Virus record (IMG/VR): IMGVR_UViG_3300014204_000189 | Span: 409-64,408 of that record | Length of the DNA: 64,000 bases | Origin: a virus | Lineage: Duplodnaviria > Caudoviricetes | Reading direction: 5' to 3' (one strand) | Notes under the pieces: generated by a model | What the model was told of the DNA's origin: nothing | Databases searched by the model: none | What the model saw: the letters and a program-made list of their open reading frames with translations, nothing else | Position numbers and translations under genes: made by a program | Shown: one piece after another, positions 1-10,006 of the stretch | How positions within the stretch are numbered: the stretch's first letter is position 1 | How the letters are laid out: every line of letters starts with the position of its first letter

Positions 1-1130
1 ACTGGGTCGACGTGCTCGACCTGATCGACGGTCGCGACGACGTCTACGGGCTGGTGCCGCTGACGCGGGACAAGACCGTGCTCGACCTGTTCCAGGCCCA
101 CGTGGGCAGCCAGTCCAGCCCGGAGATGGGCCGCTGGCGCGTCGCCTGGTTCAACATGGAGGGCAAGACGGAGTCCGTGGTCCTCAACGCGACCAACAGC
201 ACCGATGGGGAAGAGGTGTTGGCGACGCTGGAGGACGATCCGTTCACCAGTGGGACGCAGTACACCTGGCTGCGGACCACCACCGGCAACGGCCGGTTCG
301 TCACCCGCAACGTCCGCGCGGGTGACATCGTGCGGTTCATGTACGACACGGACGGCTTCGACAACGTGACGTACCTGGAGTTCGTGGTGGACGCGGTGAT
401 CAACCAGGACACGATCCGGCTACTGACTGGCCATTCCGTGGCGGTCACCACGCCGCGGAAGATCGAGATCTGGCGGAACCTGAACGCCTACGAGCAGGCC
501 GAGTACGTCGCCCTGACCGAAGGCTACACCGACCGCCGCGTGCGGATGGTATGGCCGGACACCGTGGGCAGCGGCGGAATCCTCTTCGAGGGCTTCCACC
601 TGTGCGCGGCCTTGGCCGGTCTCTCCAGCGGCGTCGTGTCCCACCAGGGGCTCACGCGGCTGGCGATCAACGGCTTCGACGACCTGACGCGGACCACGCA
701 AGCCTTCAACCGCACGCAGCTCAACACGATGGCGGGCGGGGGCACGTGGATCGTCACGCAGGACGACACGGGCGCCGTGTTCACGCGGCACGCCGTGACC
801 ACCGGCGCGTACGACGACATCAACCAGCGTGAGGAGATGATCACGCGGAACGTGGATGCGATCAGCTACTACTTCTTCGACACCTACGATCCGTACATCG
901 GCATCTCCAACGTCACGCCGAGCTTGATCGCCTTGCTGCGGGCGGAAACCAAGGCAGCGATCATGTTCCTCAAGTCGAACAACTACGTGGCCCGCCTGGG
1001 CTCGCAGCTGATCGACGGTGTGATCACGGACCTGCGTCCGCACATCACGCTCCGCGACCGCGTCGTCATCGCGTTGTCCCTGACGGTGCCCTATGCCTTG
1101 AACAACATCGAGGTCCACTTGGTGATCTAG
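1..1130 (+). CDS. Contractile tail sheath protein (C-terminal part; gene starts before the window)
   Basis: Frame open from window start. C-terminus resembles the sheath C-domain (RHAVTTG...REEMITRNVDAISYYF...LSLTVPYALNNIEVHLVI). Followed by a tube-sized gene. Confidence 0.85.
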   Translation, partial: WVDVLDLIDGRDDVYGLVPLTRDKTVLDLFQAHVGSQSSPEMGRWRVAWFNMEGKTESVVLNATNSTDGEEVLATLEDDPFTSGTQYTWLRTTTGNGRFVTRNVRAGDIVRFMYDTDGFDNVTYLEFVVDAVINQDTIRLLTGHSVAVTTPRKIEIWRNLNAYEQAEYVALTEGYTDRRVRMVWPDTVGSGGILFEGFHLCAALAGLSSGVVSHQGLTRLAINGFDDLTRTTQAFNRTQLNTMAGGGTWIVTQDDTGAVFTRHAVTTGAYDDINQREEMITRNVDAISYYFFDTYDPYIGISNVTPSLIALLRAETKAAIMFLKSNNYVARLGSQLIDGVITDLRPHITLRDRVVIALSLTVPYALNNIEVHLVI

Positions 1131-1150
1131 TGCCACCCGGTCGTTACGCT

Positions 1151-1182
1151 ACCCTGGTCCCGGGTCACTCCGGGACCAGGGT
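1151..1182 (+). other. 13-bp perfect hairpin between sheath and tube genes
   Basis: ACCCTGGTCCCGG-gtcact-CCGGGACCAGGGT; no U-tract, so more likely a stability/processing element than a terminator. Confidence 0.6.
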
Positions 1183-1249
1183 CGACCGGCTTCAACCGAA
1201 CCGGCGTGGGGCTGGCAAGCCACGCCTTTGACATGGAGGTCTTTCACTA

Positions 1250-1777
1250 ATGTCTCTCGACACCTTCTCGCGTAAAACGGACGTTTATGGCGGCGGTTTC
1301 GCCGCCGACCAGTGCACCATCGCCTTTCCCCGCATCGGGGACGAGGGCGGTGAGATCGGCCTGCTGATCCAACGCCTCGGCGTGACGTACCAGCAGCAGA
1401 TCACCCGGCTGTACGAAGTCGGGCACGAGGCGATCTACTACGTCGGCGGCCGCACCAGCGGTGAGATCGCCGTGGACCGCGTCATCGGCCCGAAGGTCAT
1501 CTCGGCCGAGTTCTACATGACCTACGGCGACCTCTGCAACGCTCGCACCAACACGCTGGACCTCAACATCCAGACACAGTGCAGCGGGTCGGAGGGTTAC
1601 TACCAGCAGGGCGTGACCTACACCGCCCACATGTGCGTGATCACCAGCCTGGGTATCACCATCGCGGCCCAGGACATGTTGATCAACGAGTCGCTGCGAA
1701 TCATGACGAGCAACCTGCAGTACGAAGAGTACGGCATGGGCACGGGCGGCGAAGTCAGCGGCGGCGTGCTCGGCTAA
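1250..1777 (+). CDS. Tail tube protein
   Basis: 175 aa directly after sheath, GGAGG RBS; tube-like motif LLIQRLGVTYQQQITRLYEVGHEAIYYVGGRTSG. Confidence 0.75.
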   Translation: MSLDTFSRKTDVYGGGFAADQCTIAFPRIGDEGGEIGLLIQRLGVTYQQQITRLYEVGHEAIYYVGGRTSGEIAVDRVIGPKVISAEFYMTYGDLCNARTNTLDLNIQTQCSGSEGYYQQGVTYTAHMCVITSLGITIAAQDMLINESLRIMTSNLQYEEYGMGTGGEVSGGVLG

Positions 1778-1800
1778 TCGCCTGGCACACCTGAGTTTTG

Positions 1801-1836
1801 TCGTGGCGGCCTGGGCAGCTCACCAGGCCGCCACGA
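1801..1836 (+). other. 14-bp perfect hairpin after tube gene
   Basis: TCGTGGCGGCCTGG-gcagctca-CCAGGCCGCCACGA. Confidence 0.6.
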
Positions 1837-1840
1837 TGGC

Positions 1841-4717
1841 TTGGGACACGGATACCGTGCCCCGAGGGCGATAAGCCCAGACCTTGAACCAGCAGGTGTA
1901 AGAATGCAACAGGACCTTCCTGGTGCCGCTACCCCCAAGGGGATGAATGTTCGTCCCCAGTTCCAGCACGAGCGTGCTCGCCAGCTGGAAATCCTCGCCG
2001 GACAGCAGGACGGTCGCGAGCGTGCGCAGTTCGAGCCTGCGTGCGACGAACGCCTCTCTTCGATCCTGCACAATCGCTCCTTCGGCTCGCAGGGTCACAT
2101 CGCCTTCGGCAAGGTGATCTATTCCACGCCCTACACCCACTGGTACCGGGTGCAGCTGGCGGATGCTGACGCGGACTTTCCGTGCTGCATGGGTACAGAC
2201 TGCGCGCCGTTGCCGATGTCCGTGCGATCCACGGGCGTAATTCCGCCCCAGAGCAAGGTGCTGGTCTTCAAGCACCCCGATCTGTTCTACGGTGTGATCC
2301 TGTGCGTGCTGCCCGAGATCGTCAACGATGGCACGTACGTCCACCCCGACTGGATCTCCCAGGGATCCAACGCAGGATTCCTTCGCGAGGGTTACTACTG
2401 GGAAGCGTTCAACCTGCTCAAGCGCCGCGGCAACATCATCGACTTCTCCGATGACCGCCCGAACGACGGCACGTGCATCGGGGAGTGGGGCCGTCTGTCC
2501 CACCTGGGCAACGGAATTCACATCGACCAGTTCATGCAGTTCTTCCGCATGGACGAGAGTTGCGGACTGTGGCTGTTCTACATGGATCGCCTGGCTCGCC
2601 TGGCCGCCTACAACTTCGATCTGCGCACGGCGATGAGTGAGCTGGTGGTTCGCAACGACCAGGGCGAGGGTGTGTGGATCCACGGCTACAACCCCTATCC
2701 GTGGCAAGTGATGGGGATGTGGCAGCCCAAGATCACAGCACACCAGGAACACGAACCGAAGGACGTTCTGTACGAGAAGCCCTTCGCCACCTACGAACCG
2801 AAGGAGCTGGATCAGCAGTCGTTCTACCGCTGCGAAGAGCACTATGGCTACCTGGGCCAGGCCTACATGCGACAGGTGATGCTTCCGCCGAAGATGGCTC
2901 GCGGCATCAATCGCTACCAGGACCAAGGCGATGGTCACTCCCGCATCGGCGTCTTCCGCGAGCAGATCGGTCTGGACGGTAGCTACGGGATCACCAGCGC
3001 CCAGAGCGTCCACATCTGCAAGCGCATCCTGATCCCAATCCCCAAGCGGATTGCCTTGATCGAGGACGAGAAGGACGGCGACGGTGGTTTGAAGTGGGAG
3101 GACGAGCAGAACTACAAACACGCCAGCACGTATGGGCAGGGTCCCGACCACAAAGTCGCAGACGCCTATGCCCCCGGAGACAAGGCAGGCGGCGAGGAAG
3201 AGGAGGGCGGCGGAGAGGCACCCAAAGGCGAAGAAGAGTGTCACCTCCTGGGCTGCGCGGCACTGAGCGACATCCTGGCCAATGCCTTCAACTGGAAGAG
3301 CCTGCACCCATTTGTCTATCACGAGAAGGATTACTGGACGCCGCAGGAAGACGAGATCCCGCCGTTCGAGACGTTGCTCAATCCGCCTCAGTTCTCGCAG
3401 TTGGGCGAGTCCCAGTACCTTTCGCGGCCGGGTCCTCGCAAAGCGTGGGTCGACAGCAGGTACGGCAACCAGAACTATTGGGAGACCACGTCGGGTGTGC
3501 ATTTGCTGCCGGACGGATCCGTCGTGATCCGCGACGGTTACGGCTCCGAGATCCGCATGAGTGGTGGGCATATCTACGAGAACGCCTCTGGCGACATTCA
3601 TCGCTGCGCCGGTCGTGACACGGTGGACTATGCGGGTCACGACGCCATCATCCGTGCACGTGAGTCAGTGGACGTCACGGCGGCCAACCATGACGTGCAC
3701 ATCAAGGCCGAGTTCAATGTGGACATTCTTGCCGGAAACAACGGGCAAATGGGTCGCATGTTGCTGGAGAACCAGGCGGCCGGGCCTGCTTACGACTTTG
3801 GTGGGAAGCAGGGCGAAGATGTCAGCGGTTCCGGGATCATCATGAAAGCTCGCCACAGCGAAGTGGTCGCGCTGGCGAGGAACATCTACCTACGGACAGG
3901 GAGTCGTCGAGGTGGTATCGACCAAGGGGACATCGTTCTCGACGCAGCGCAGGGCAAGCAGGACATTCGCACCATCTCGCGCGCGATGAACAACCACTGC
4001 AACATCTGGGTCAATGACTCGTTCCCGGCGAGTGCCAACAAGAAAGTGACTCACATGCGGTCAGCGATCTTGGCCTGCACTCCCACACCGCACGAGATCC
4101 TGGGAGGTGTGATCATCTGCCAGAACGGCGTGATGCAAAAGTATTGGACGTTGATCTCGCAAGGACACATCGCGACCGAATTCGCACCGCTCTACAACTA
4201 CCTAGTTTGCCCGCTGAGCGACGGCCCGTTGGACAAGGTGAATGAAGCTATCGCCGAGGCCCTGTCCACGTTTGAGTACTGCAACGAGAAGATGAGCGAT
4301 GATTTTCTACAGGGCGTCGTTGAGATGTTCTGGGAATACCCTCGCATCGGCAGCGACGCCCAGGAGTGGTACTGCGAGTACGCTCCTCGAACCGAGAAGC
4401 AGATGATCACCGAGGACTGGAAGTTCCCCGAAGCTTATTGGCAGCAGCTGGGACGTCTCTCGGGACAGAACCTGGATGTCTGGAAGGAACCCTTCATCAA
4501 GTATCAGGGTGCTCGCATGATGCCGCACCCTGGCTTCGGCAAGTGGGCACAAGAGTCCAGCTACTGGACGATGGACCTGCGGATGCACGAAGCCAACAAG
4601 GGCCTGGACATTCCACACGATATGGACTCGATCTACACAGACCCCGCGCTCAACTACTGGGGGCGAGAGAAGCCGCAAGAAAATTACCTCGTTTCTGTTC
4701 AACCCGTGCCCGAGTGA
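1841..4717 (+). CDS. VgrG/gp5-like baseplate spike protein (true start may be 1904)
   Basis: N-terminal OB-fold-like segment (GKVIYSTPYTHWYRVQL); beta-helix-like segment (GVHLLPDGSVVIRDGYGSEIRMSGGHIYENASGDIH); tail-module position. Confidence 0.55.
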   Translation: MGHGYRAPRAISPDLEPAGVRMQQDLPGAATPKGMNVRPQFQHERARQLEILAGQQDGRERAQFEPACDERLSSILHNRSFGSQGHIAFGKVIYSTPYTHWYRVQLADADADFPCCMGTDCAPLPMSVRSTGVIPPQSKVLVFKHPDLFYGVILCVLPEIVNDGTYVHPDWISQGSNAGFLREGYYWEAFNLLKRRGNIIDFSDDRPNDGTCIGEWGRLSHLGNGIHIDQFMQFFRMDESCGLWLFYMDRLARLAAYNFDLRTAMSELVVRNDQGEGVWIHGYNPYPWQVMGMWQPKITAHQEHEPKDVLYEKPFATYEPKELDQQSFYRCEEHYGYLGQAYMRQVMLPPKMARGINRYQDQGDGHSRIGVFREQIGLDGSYGITSAQSVHICKRILIPIPKRIALIEDEKDGDGGLKWEDEQNYKHASTYGQGPDHKVADAYAPGDKAGGEEEEGGGEAPKGEEECHLLGCAALSDILANAFNWKSLHPFVYHEKDYWTPQEDEIPPFETLLNPPQFSQLGESQYLSRPGPRKAWVDSRYGNQNYWETTSGVHLLPDGSVVIRDGYGSEIRMSGGHIYENASGDIHRCAGRDTVDYAGHDAIIRARESVDVTAANHDVHIKAEFNVDILAGNNGQMGRMLLENQAAGPAYDFGGKQGEDVSGSGIIMKARHSEVVALARNIYLRTGSRRGGIDQGDIVLDAAQGKQDIRTISRAMNNHCNIWVNDSFPASANKKVTHMRSAILACTPTPHEILGGVIICQNGVMQKYWTLISQGHIATEFAPLYNYLVCPLSDGPLDKVNEAIAEALSTFEYCNEKMSDDFLQGVVEMFWEYPRIGSDAQEWYCEYAPRTEKQMITEDWKFPEAYWQQLGRLSGQNLDVWKEPFIKYQGARMMPHPGFGKWAQESSYWTMDLRMHEANKGLDIPHDMDSIYTDPALNYWGREKPQENYLVSVQPVPE

Positions 4718-4724
4718 GGAAGCT

Positions 4725-5876
4725 ATGGACAAACCCCAACAACCGCAACAGCGTACACGTCACACAGTCGGCCCTGCACAGCCGTCATTCAGTGTTCCTC
4801 CGCCTGCCCAGCCGATTCCCGGCATTCGCGGGACACCACCGCTGCCGGGCGGTGTCCCGGTGTCGGTCTCCCGGCCCACCGCGGCCGAGGCAGCCGTGCT
4901 CAAGCAGGTCGGCTGGAGACCCGGACAGGCCGTGCCCTCGAACATGGCTTCATTGTTGCAGAAGACGTCTGCGGACGCACAACACGAGATCTCCGACCTG
5001 GACCACACGCCGCTCCCGGTGCCGCCGGACACTCCGCCGGTCACTATTCCGCCGGAGACGTCCATCGATGCGCTCCCGCCGGACAAGCAAGCGGAGATCC
5101 GTGCTTACCTGGCGGAGGCGGAGTCCCAGATGCAGCAGATGCGTGGTCCGAAGATGAAGCCTTCGGCGCCTGGCATCGAAGAGGCAATTCGTGTGGCCAA
5201 CCAGCAGATGCCCGTGATGCGGCACGTGGTGGACGACCGACAGGATCCGACTTACGCGGACACGAACGTCCCCAAGTCGCAGCCGATCCCTCCGCCGGAG
5301 CCGCAAACGATGACAGAGCCTGCCCCGGCTGGGCCGACGCACTGTCCGCACTGTGCCTGGGATTTGTCGGTGATTGACCCGGTGATTCCCACGAACCGCG
5401 ACAAGCAAGTGTTCCTCCAGGCGACGTTGGGCAACATCCCGTTCGAGCGTGCGTACGAGCTGCTGGGCGGGAAGCTGCAGATCACCGTGCGGTCGTTGCG
5501 GCCGGAGGAGATCGACGCGTGCTACAAGCAAGCCTACCTCTGGCGGGCCCAGCAAGAGACGGTGAACGATCGCACGTTCTGGGAGCAACTCAACCGTTAT
5601 CGGCTGTGCTTGCAGCTGGTGGATGTGCGTAGCCCGGACATGGTGCACGAATTCCCCAAGACGATGCAGGAGTGGGGCACTGTACCGGACAACATCCCGA
5701 ACGGACCCACGCTGCTCCACTACATTCACGAGGAGGTCTACAAGACGGTCCTGCGGACGGAGACGCTGGTCCGTCTGGCAGGTGCAGTCACGGCACAGTT
5801 CAACCGCCTGGTCAGCAAGCTAGAGGCAAACGCTGCAAACCCGGATTTTTGGGAAGCGACGCCGTCGGACACCTAA
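4725..5876 (+). CDS. Putative tail assembly chaperone with Pro-rich N-terminus and CPHC motif
   Basis: Upstream of tape measure; ends NPDFW over an in-phase slippery heptamer. Confidence 0.55.
   Translation: MDKPQQPQQRTRHTVGPAQPSFSVPPPAQPIPGIRGTPPLPGGVPVSVSRPTAAEAAVLKQVGWRPGQAVPSNMASLLQKTSADAQHEISDLDHTPLPVPPDTPPVTIPPETSIDALPPDKQAEIRAYLAEAESQMQQMRGPKMKPSAPGIEEAIRVANQQMPVMRHVVDDRQDPTYADTNVPKSQPIPPPEPQTMTEPAPAGPTHCPHCAWDLSVIDPVIPTNRDKQVFLQATLGNIPFERAYELLGGKLQITVRSLRPEEIDACYKQAYLWRAQQETVNDRTFWEQLNRYRLCLQLVDVRSPDMVHEFPKTMQEWGTVPDNIPNGPTLLHYIHEEVYKTVLRTETLVRLAGAVTAQFNRLVSKLEANAANPDFWEATPSDT
5843..5849 (+). other. Candidate -1 programmed ribosomal frameshift site G GAT TTT
   Basis: In-phase X XXY YYZ heptamer; the -1 frame is the open downstream ORF. 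Confidence 0.6.
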
Positions 5877-6418
5877 TGGTAGAGGCCGCGGTAAAAGGGA
5901 TCGTCGACTTCAGCCAAGCAAAGTTCTTCGATCCCGGTTGGCGACGTCGCATACAACTGTTGATCAACGGCTTGGAGAATTTGAACTACCGTCGCGAACT
6001 GGAGAACGACCAGCACTACTTGCTCAGCCAGATGAGCATCCCGGGACTGAAGGATGAGAGCTTTGCAGCACTACAAAAGCAGCTTGCGGCGACTCGTGAC
6101 AAACTCCAAGTTGCGTACCGCCCGTGGAGTACGGTCGAAGGTCAAGAAGCTGCGGTCAGCCGTGAAGCAGCTAAGGCGACACAGGCCTGGGAGAGCAAGT
6201 ACGGGAAGCTAGACGATCCTGAAACACAGGCGAAGATTGCGCGGACTGCCCAAGCACTACGGAAACAACGTGCTGCGGCCGCGACCGGCAACTTGTCGGA
6301 CGAAGCCCTGACCGATCATCGCAAGCGTGCGGCCGCCCGAGCTGCCGCGGGCCGACCGGCCAGACAAACCCGACGGGAGGACGCTGTTGGACGAAACATA
6401 CATGCCACAACTTGGTGA
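5876..6418 (+). CDS. Second tail chaperone ORF / frameshift extension (GT-like)
   Basis: TAATG overlap with upstream gene; -1 frame relative to it; directly precedes tape measure. Confidence 0.55.
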   Translation: MVEAAVKGIVDFSQAKFFDPGWRRRIQLLINGLENLNYRRELENDQHYLLSQMSIPGLKDESFAALQKQLAATRDKLQVAYRPWSTVEGQEAAVSREAAKATQAWESKYGKLDDPETQAKIARTAQALRKQRAAAATGNLSDEALTDHRKRAAARAAAGRPARQTRREDAVGRNIHATTW

Positions 6419-9400
6419 CAACGATTGGGACTACCAACCGTTCTTCGGTACCGAAGGGATGCCGCAAATGGGAGGCGGTCTGGGGTTCGCTGTCTCCACG
6501 GGTCTGGGTATCGGCGGGCAGATGGCCATGGCCCCGTTGGGCATGATGCCGATGGGGATGAACGATACCAACCTCTATGACCGCATACAGCGTCGAGAGC
6601 TGACGCAGATGCACGACTCGCTGATGCGTGAAGCGGCAAAGCAAGGGAAAGAGAGCACTATTGAGGTCATCAAGGGTGGCTTCGCTTTGCACGGCACACC
6701 TTACGGAGCCGACCAGCAGAAAGCTGCCGAGGCGAGTGCTGACCAGTTGTCCGCGTTCGCACCAATGCTGGCGATGATGGCTCCCAAGCTGATGGACGAG
6801 TTGGGCGGTGATCGCGGCCGTGTCGAAGCGATGCAGGAGCAGATGTTTCGCGGAGCCCAGTTTCGCATCGACCCCGTCTCCGGGCAGATGGGGATGAGCG
6901 AAGACTCGATGAAGGGCGTGTTCAAGCAGGTCTACCAGAACATGTATGCGGGGGACAAGTATCTGGAGCGAGAAGGCATCAAGGCCGGAGAGATGGGCGA
7001 CCTGTTCACGTCGCTCCAGCGTCGCGGCATGATGGCACCTCCGGGGCAAGTTGCCGACCTGGCCGAAGAAGAGTCACCGGATGGACTCATCCAGGGCATG
7101 CGGACCAACAACATTGATCTGCCCGACTCCGTGAAGAACTACGCCAAGGGGGACAAACTCAACGAGGCACAGCGCAAGGAACTCAAGGAGAGCGTGCGTA
7201 AACTGTCCCCCGACCAGACACAGGCTCTCGGGCAGGACCTGGACGTTGCCCCCGCACTGGAACGCTTCGACGCCAAGAAGATCGAAGTCACGTTGAAGAA
7301 GTACCAAGGGGCCGTCTCCGCGATGCGGGACATCTTCGGTGGAGCCGGTCGCCCCAACGCACCGATGAGCGAGTTGATCGAGGGGCTGCAGCAGCTCACG
7401 GGCGGAGCGATGCAACAGATGGATCCAGCCGCCGTGGAGAACATGGTGCGGACCACGCAGGCCACGGCCATGCGTACAGGGATCGGCATCGAAGGTGCGA
7501 TGATGATCCAACAAAAGTACATGGCCCAGGCTGAAGCGATGGGCATCAACCCAATCATGGCGACCCAGGCCACGCAGCACGAGATGTCCATGCGGGGCAC
7601 GTACGGGGCCATGGGCTACGGTGCTGCACCAGCCTGGGGCGCCTGGGACGATCGCAAGTTTGCTTCCGAGAGCGGCAAGGCGATGCTTCGCTCCACACAG
7701 GCCATGAGCACGCAGCAGATGGCGACAGCGGTGCGGATGCAAGAGACCTACAACATGGGGGACGAGTTCTTCAAGCAGGACGCCGCCGGGAAGAAGCTCA
7801 AAGCCTACACCGAGGCGATCAAGACCGGGCAGACCTCGTTCGTCGATCCGACCACGGGCAAGCAGCAAAGCGTGTTGATGAGCAACGCAGACTTCATGGG
7901 ACTGATGCAGCAAGGCTCTGCGGCTCCCATCAATCAAGGCCAGATCACTCGCTACATGTCCGAGAGGGACGCCAACCAGGAGGTCATTGCACGCAAGCCT
8001 GGCCTGTCCCAGATCAACCGGCGGTTGCAGGGTGAAGAGCTGTTACAGCGAGGCTCGCGAGCCACTTCACTGGTCCTGGGCGAACAGTTCTACGGTCTCA
8101 CTGAGGGCAAAACGGACGCGGAGAGAGAGCGACTCGGGTTGGGCTCGCGACGAGCGATGATGGATCAAGGTGCCGCGGCCAGTCGAGCTGCTCTCGATGC
8201 CTACATGAGCATGGACGAGGCAGACAAAGGGGACAACGACAAGCGACGAGCGGCGATGGGCAAAGCCCTACGCGTGCAGCTGGAAAGTACCGAGGCTGGC
8301 CGGGCTTTGCTGGCAAAGCAAGGTGACGCCAAAGGGCAAGACGCGTGGCTGCGTGGCCAGAGCGAGCAGATCTTCCAGGAGGCCAATGAGGACCCCGTGC
8401 TCAAGCGAGCAGGGGGGATGATCAACGTCAGCCGCGAGCATAGTGCCAAAGCACTTGACCGCGATGTTCGCGACCGTGCAGCCGACGCTGCAATGGCCAA
8501 CGTCCGCAAGTCGTTCGGGGGACTGGGTCGCGGTGGCTTGGTCCAGAAGGCAATGCAGGCCCTGCAAGACGTAGATCCCAGTGATCCCGACTCAGTGCGT
8601 CGCGCCGTGGCACAGACACTAGGAGGCGAGAACTCGGAGCGTATCGCTTCGGTGTTGAAGGACGACCTGGTACAGATGAAGCAGTACAGCACCAGAGCCA
8701 AGGACCTGGAGGACATGGCGAAGGCAGCCGAGGGCACCGACCCCGCGAAAGCGAAGTCGTTGCGTGCCGAGGCCGCGGCCATGCGGCAAGGGATCGACGA
8801 CGCCCGGGCCAAGGTCCAAAAGAACCTGCAAAGCACGGAGGCGGTCAAAGCCGACGACGCGAAGCGCAAGGACACCATTGAGAAGATCCAAAAGGGTGAC
8901 CTGAAAGGCCTCAACAAGGGCCTGCAGGCCGAGATCCACCAAGTGGCCGTCGACCGTGAGTTCAAAACGGACGAAGAAGCGGCGAAATGGGTGCTGAGTC
9001 ACGTCTTGCCCAACGAGAAAGGCGAGCTGAAGCCACTGGAGGCTCCCGCACCAAAGGCAGGCAGCGACGAAGCCAAGGCGCAGCGAAAGAGTGACGAAGC
9101 CATTTTACAGCGAGCCGCTCAGCGAATTGGCGAGGGTCGGCCGCACATGGAGGGCGGCCGCGAGATGAACGCCGAGGACGTGCGCAAGGGCGTTGAGTCC
9201 GGCGAGTTCGGCGGGCCGACAGAAGACGAGGGGACGATCCACCGAATCTTCGACACGCACACTGCCCACCTCAGCAAAGAAGAGATGGCGGCCGCCAAGA
9301 GGCTCTCCTCTCCCGTTACCGTTGACCGCGAGAGCACCAAGAAGGAACGCGAAGACAGTGGACCCGCCGACGGCTCTGCGAAGGGTACCGGCGGCGGCCG

Positions 9401-9506
9401 GATGGTGTTCCAGGTGATGGAGTTCCGCGTGAACGGCGAGAACTGGGGCAAGGGCGAGGGCCACGGGGAACCTGCACCGACAAGCGACGGGAGAAACAAG
9501 CCATGA
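6387..9506 (+). CDS. Tape measure protein
   Basis: ~1040 aa, Ala/Gln/Met-rich and helical, after chaperones; TTG start 6 nt after GGGAGG (ORF open from 6327). Confidence 0.7.
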   Translation: MDETYMPQLGDNDWDYQPFFGTEGMPQMGGGLGFAVSTGLGIGGQMAMAPLGMMPMGMNDTNLYDRIQRRELTQMHDSLMREAAKQGKESTIEVIKGGFALHGTPYGADQQKAAEASADQLSAFAPMLAMMAPKLMDELGGDRGRVEAMQEQMFRGAQFRIDPVSGQMGMSEDSMKGVFKQVYQNMYAGDKYLEREGIKAGEMGDLFTSLQRRGMMAPPGQVADLAEEESPDGLIQGMRTNNIDLPDSVKNYAKGDKLNEAQRKELKESVRKLSPDQTQALGQDLDVAPALERFDAKKIEVTLKKYQGAVSAMRDIFGGAGRPNAPMSELIEGLQQLTGGAMQQMDPAAVENMVRTTQATAMRTGIGIEGAMMIQQKYMAQAEAMGINPIMATQATQHEMSMRGTYGAMGYGAAPAWGAWDDRKFASESGKAMLRSTQAMSTQQMATAVRMQETYNMGDEFFKQDAAGKKLKAYTEAIKTGQTSFVDPTTGKQQSVLMSNADFMGLMQQGSAAPINQGQITRYMSERDANQEVIARKPGLSQINRRLQGEELLQRGSRATSLVLGEQFYGLTEGKTDAERERLGLGSRRAMMDQGAAASRAALDAYMSMDEADKGDNDKRRAAMGKALRVQLESTEAGRALLAKQGDAKGQDAWLRGQSEQIFQEANEDPVLKRAGGMINVSREHSAKALDRDVRDRAADAAMANVRKSFGGLGRGGLVQKAMQALQDVDPSDPDSVRRAVAQTLGGENSERIASVLKDDLVQMKQYSTRAKDLEDMAKAAEGTDPAKAKSLRAEAAAMRQGIDDARAKVQKNLQSTEAVKADDAKRKDTIEKIQKGDLKGLNKGLQAEIHQVAVDREFKTDEEAAKWVLSHVLPNEKGELKPLEAPAPKAGSDEAKAQRKSDEAILQRAAQRIGEGRPHMEGGREMNAEDVRKGVESGEFGGPTEDEGTIHRIFDTHTAHLSKEEMAAAKRLSSPVTVDRESTKKEREDSGPADGSAKGTGGGRMVFQVMEFRVNGENWGKGEGHGEPAPTSDGRNKP

Positions 9507-10006
9507 GCACCACACTGTTCACCATGGAGGGCGCGGGACAGTTCCAGAACCGCGGCCGCGCTGTGGCAGTCAACAAGTGGAACCCGTTCATCAAGATCAA
9601 CCTGCAGGAGTGGGATTGGTTCGAGTCACTGTCGGCAATCATCACCCGCATCAGTACCACGGAGCAGTGCAACTATCAGTTCCTGCACACTCTTGGTGAT
9701 CACATCTACCTGTACGTCTTTGGAGATCGCATCGGGCAGCTGGGCATCGGTGGGCTGACGTTCAACGACAACTGCCAGGACCCGCTACAAGAAGACGGGA
9801 TCTCCAAGGTCATCCGTTGGTTCCGTCAGCGACGCGTAGCCGTACGCAAGGAGCCGATCATCTTCCAGTTCCTGCCCGACGAAGGCCTGGGACCGTTGAA
9901 AGGTTACCTGGTTGACATGCGCGGCGACACAGTGGACGCTTGTCAGCGATTGTCGCAGTTCTACTTGACCATCGCGCTTATTCCTCAGCGACTGGAGTCC
10001 CAGTAG
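9503..10006 (+). CDS. Tail/baseplate protein (tube-initiator-like)
   Basis: ATGA overlap after tape measure; YQFLHTLGDHIYLYVFGDRIGQLGIGG motif. Confidence 0.5.
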   Translation: MSTTLFTMEGAGQFQNRGRAVAVNKWNPFIKINLQEWDWFESLSAIITRISTTEQCNYQFLHTLGDHIYLYVFGDRIGQLGIGGLTFNDNCQDPLQEDGISKVIRWFRQRRVAVRKEPIIFQFLPDEGLGPLKGYLVDMRGDTVDACQRLSQFYLTIALIPQRLESQ

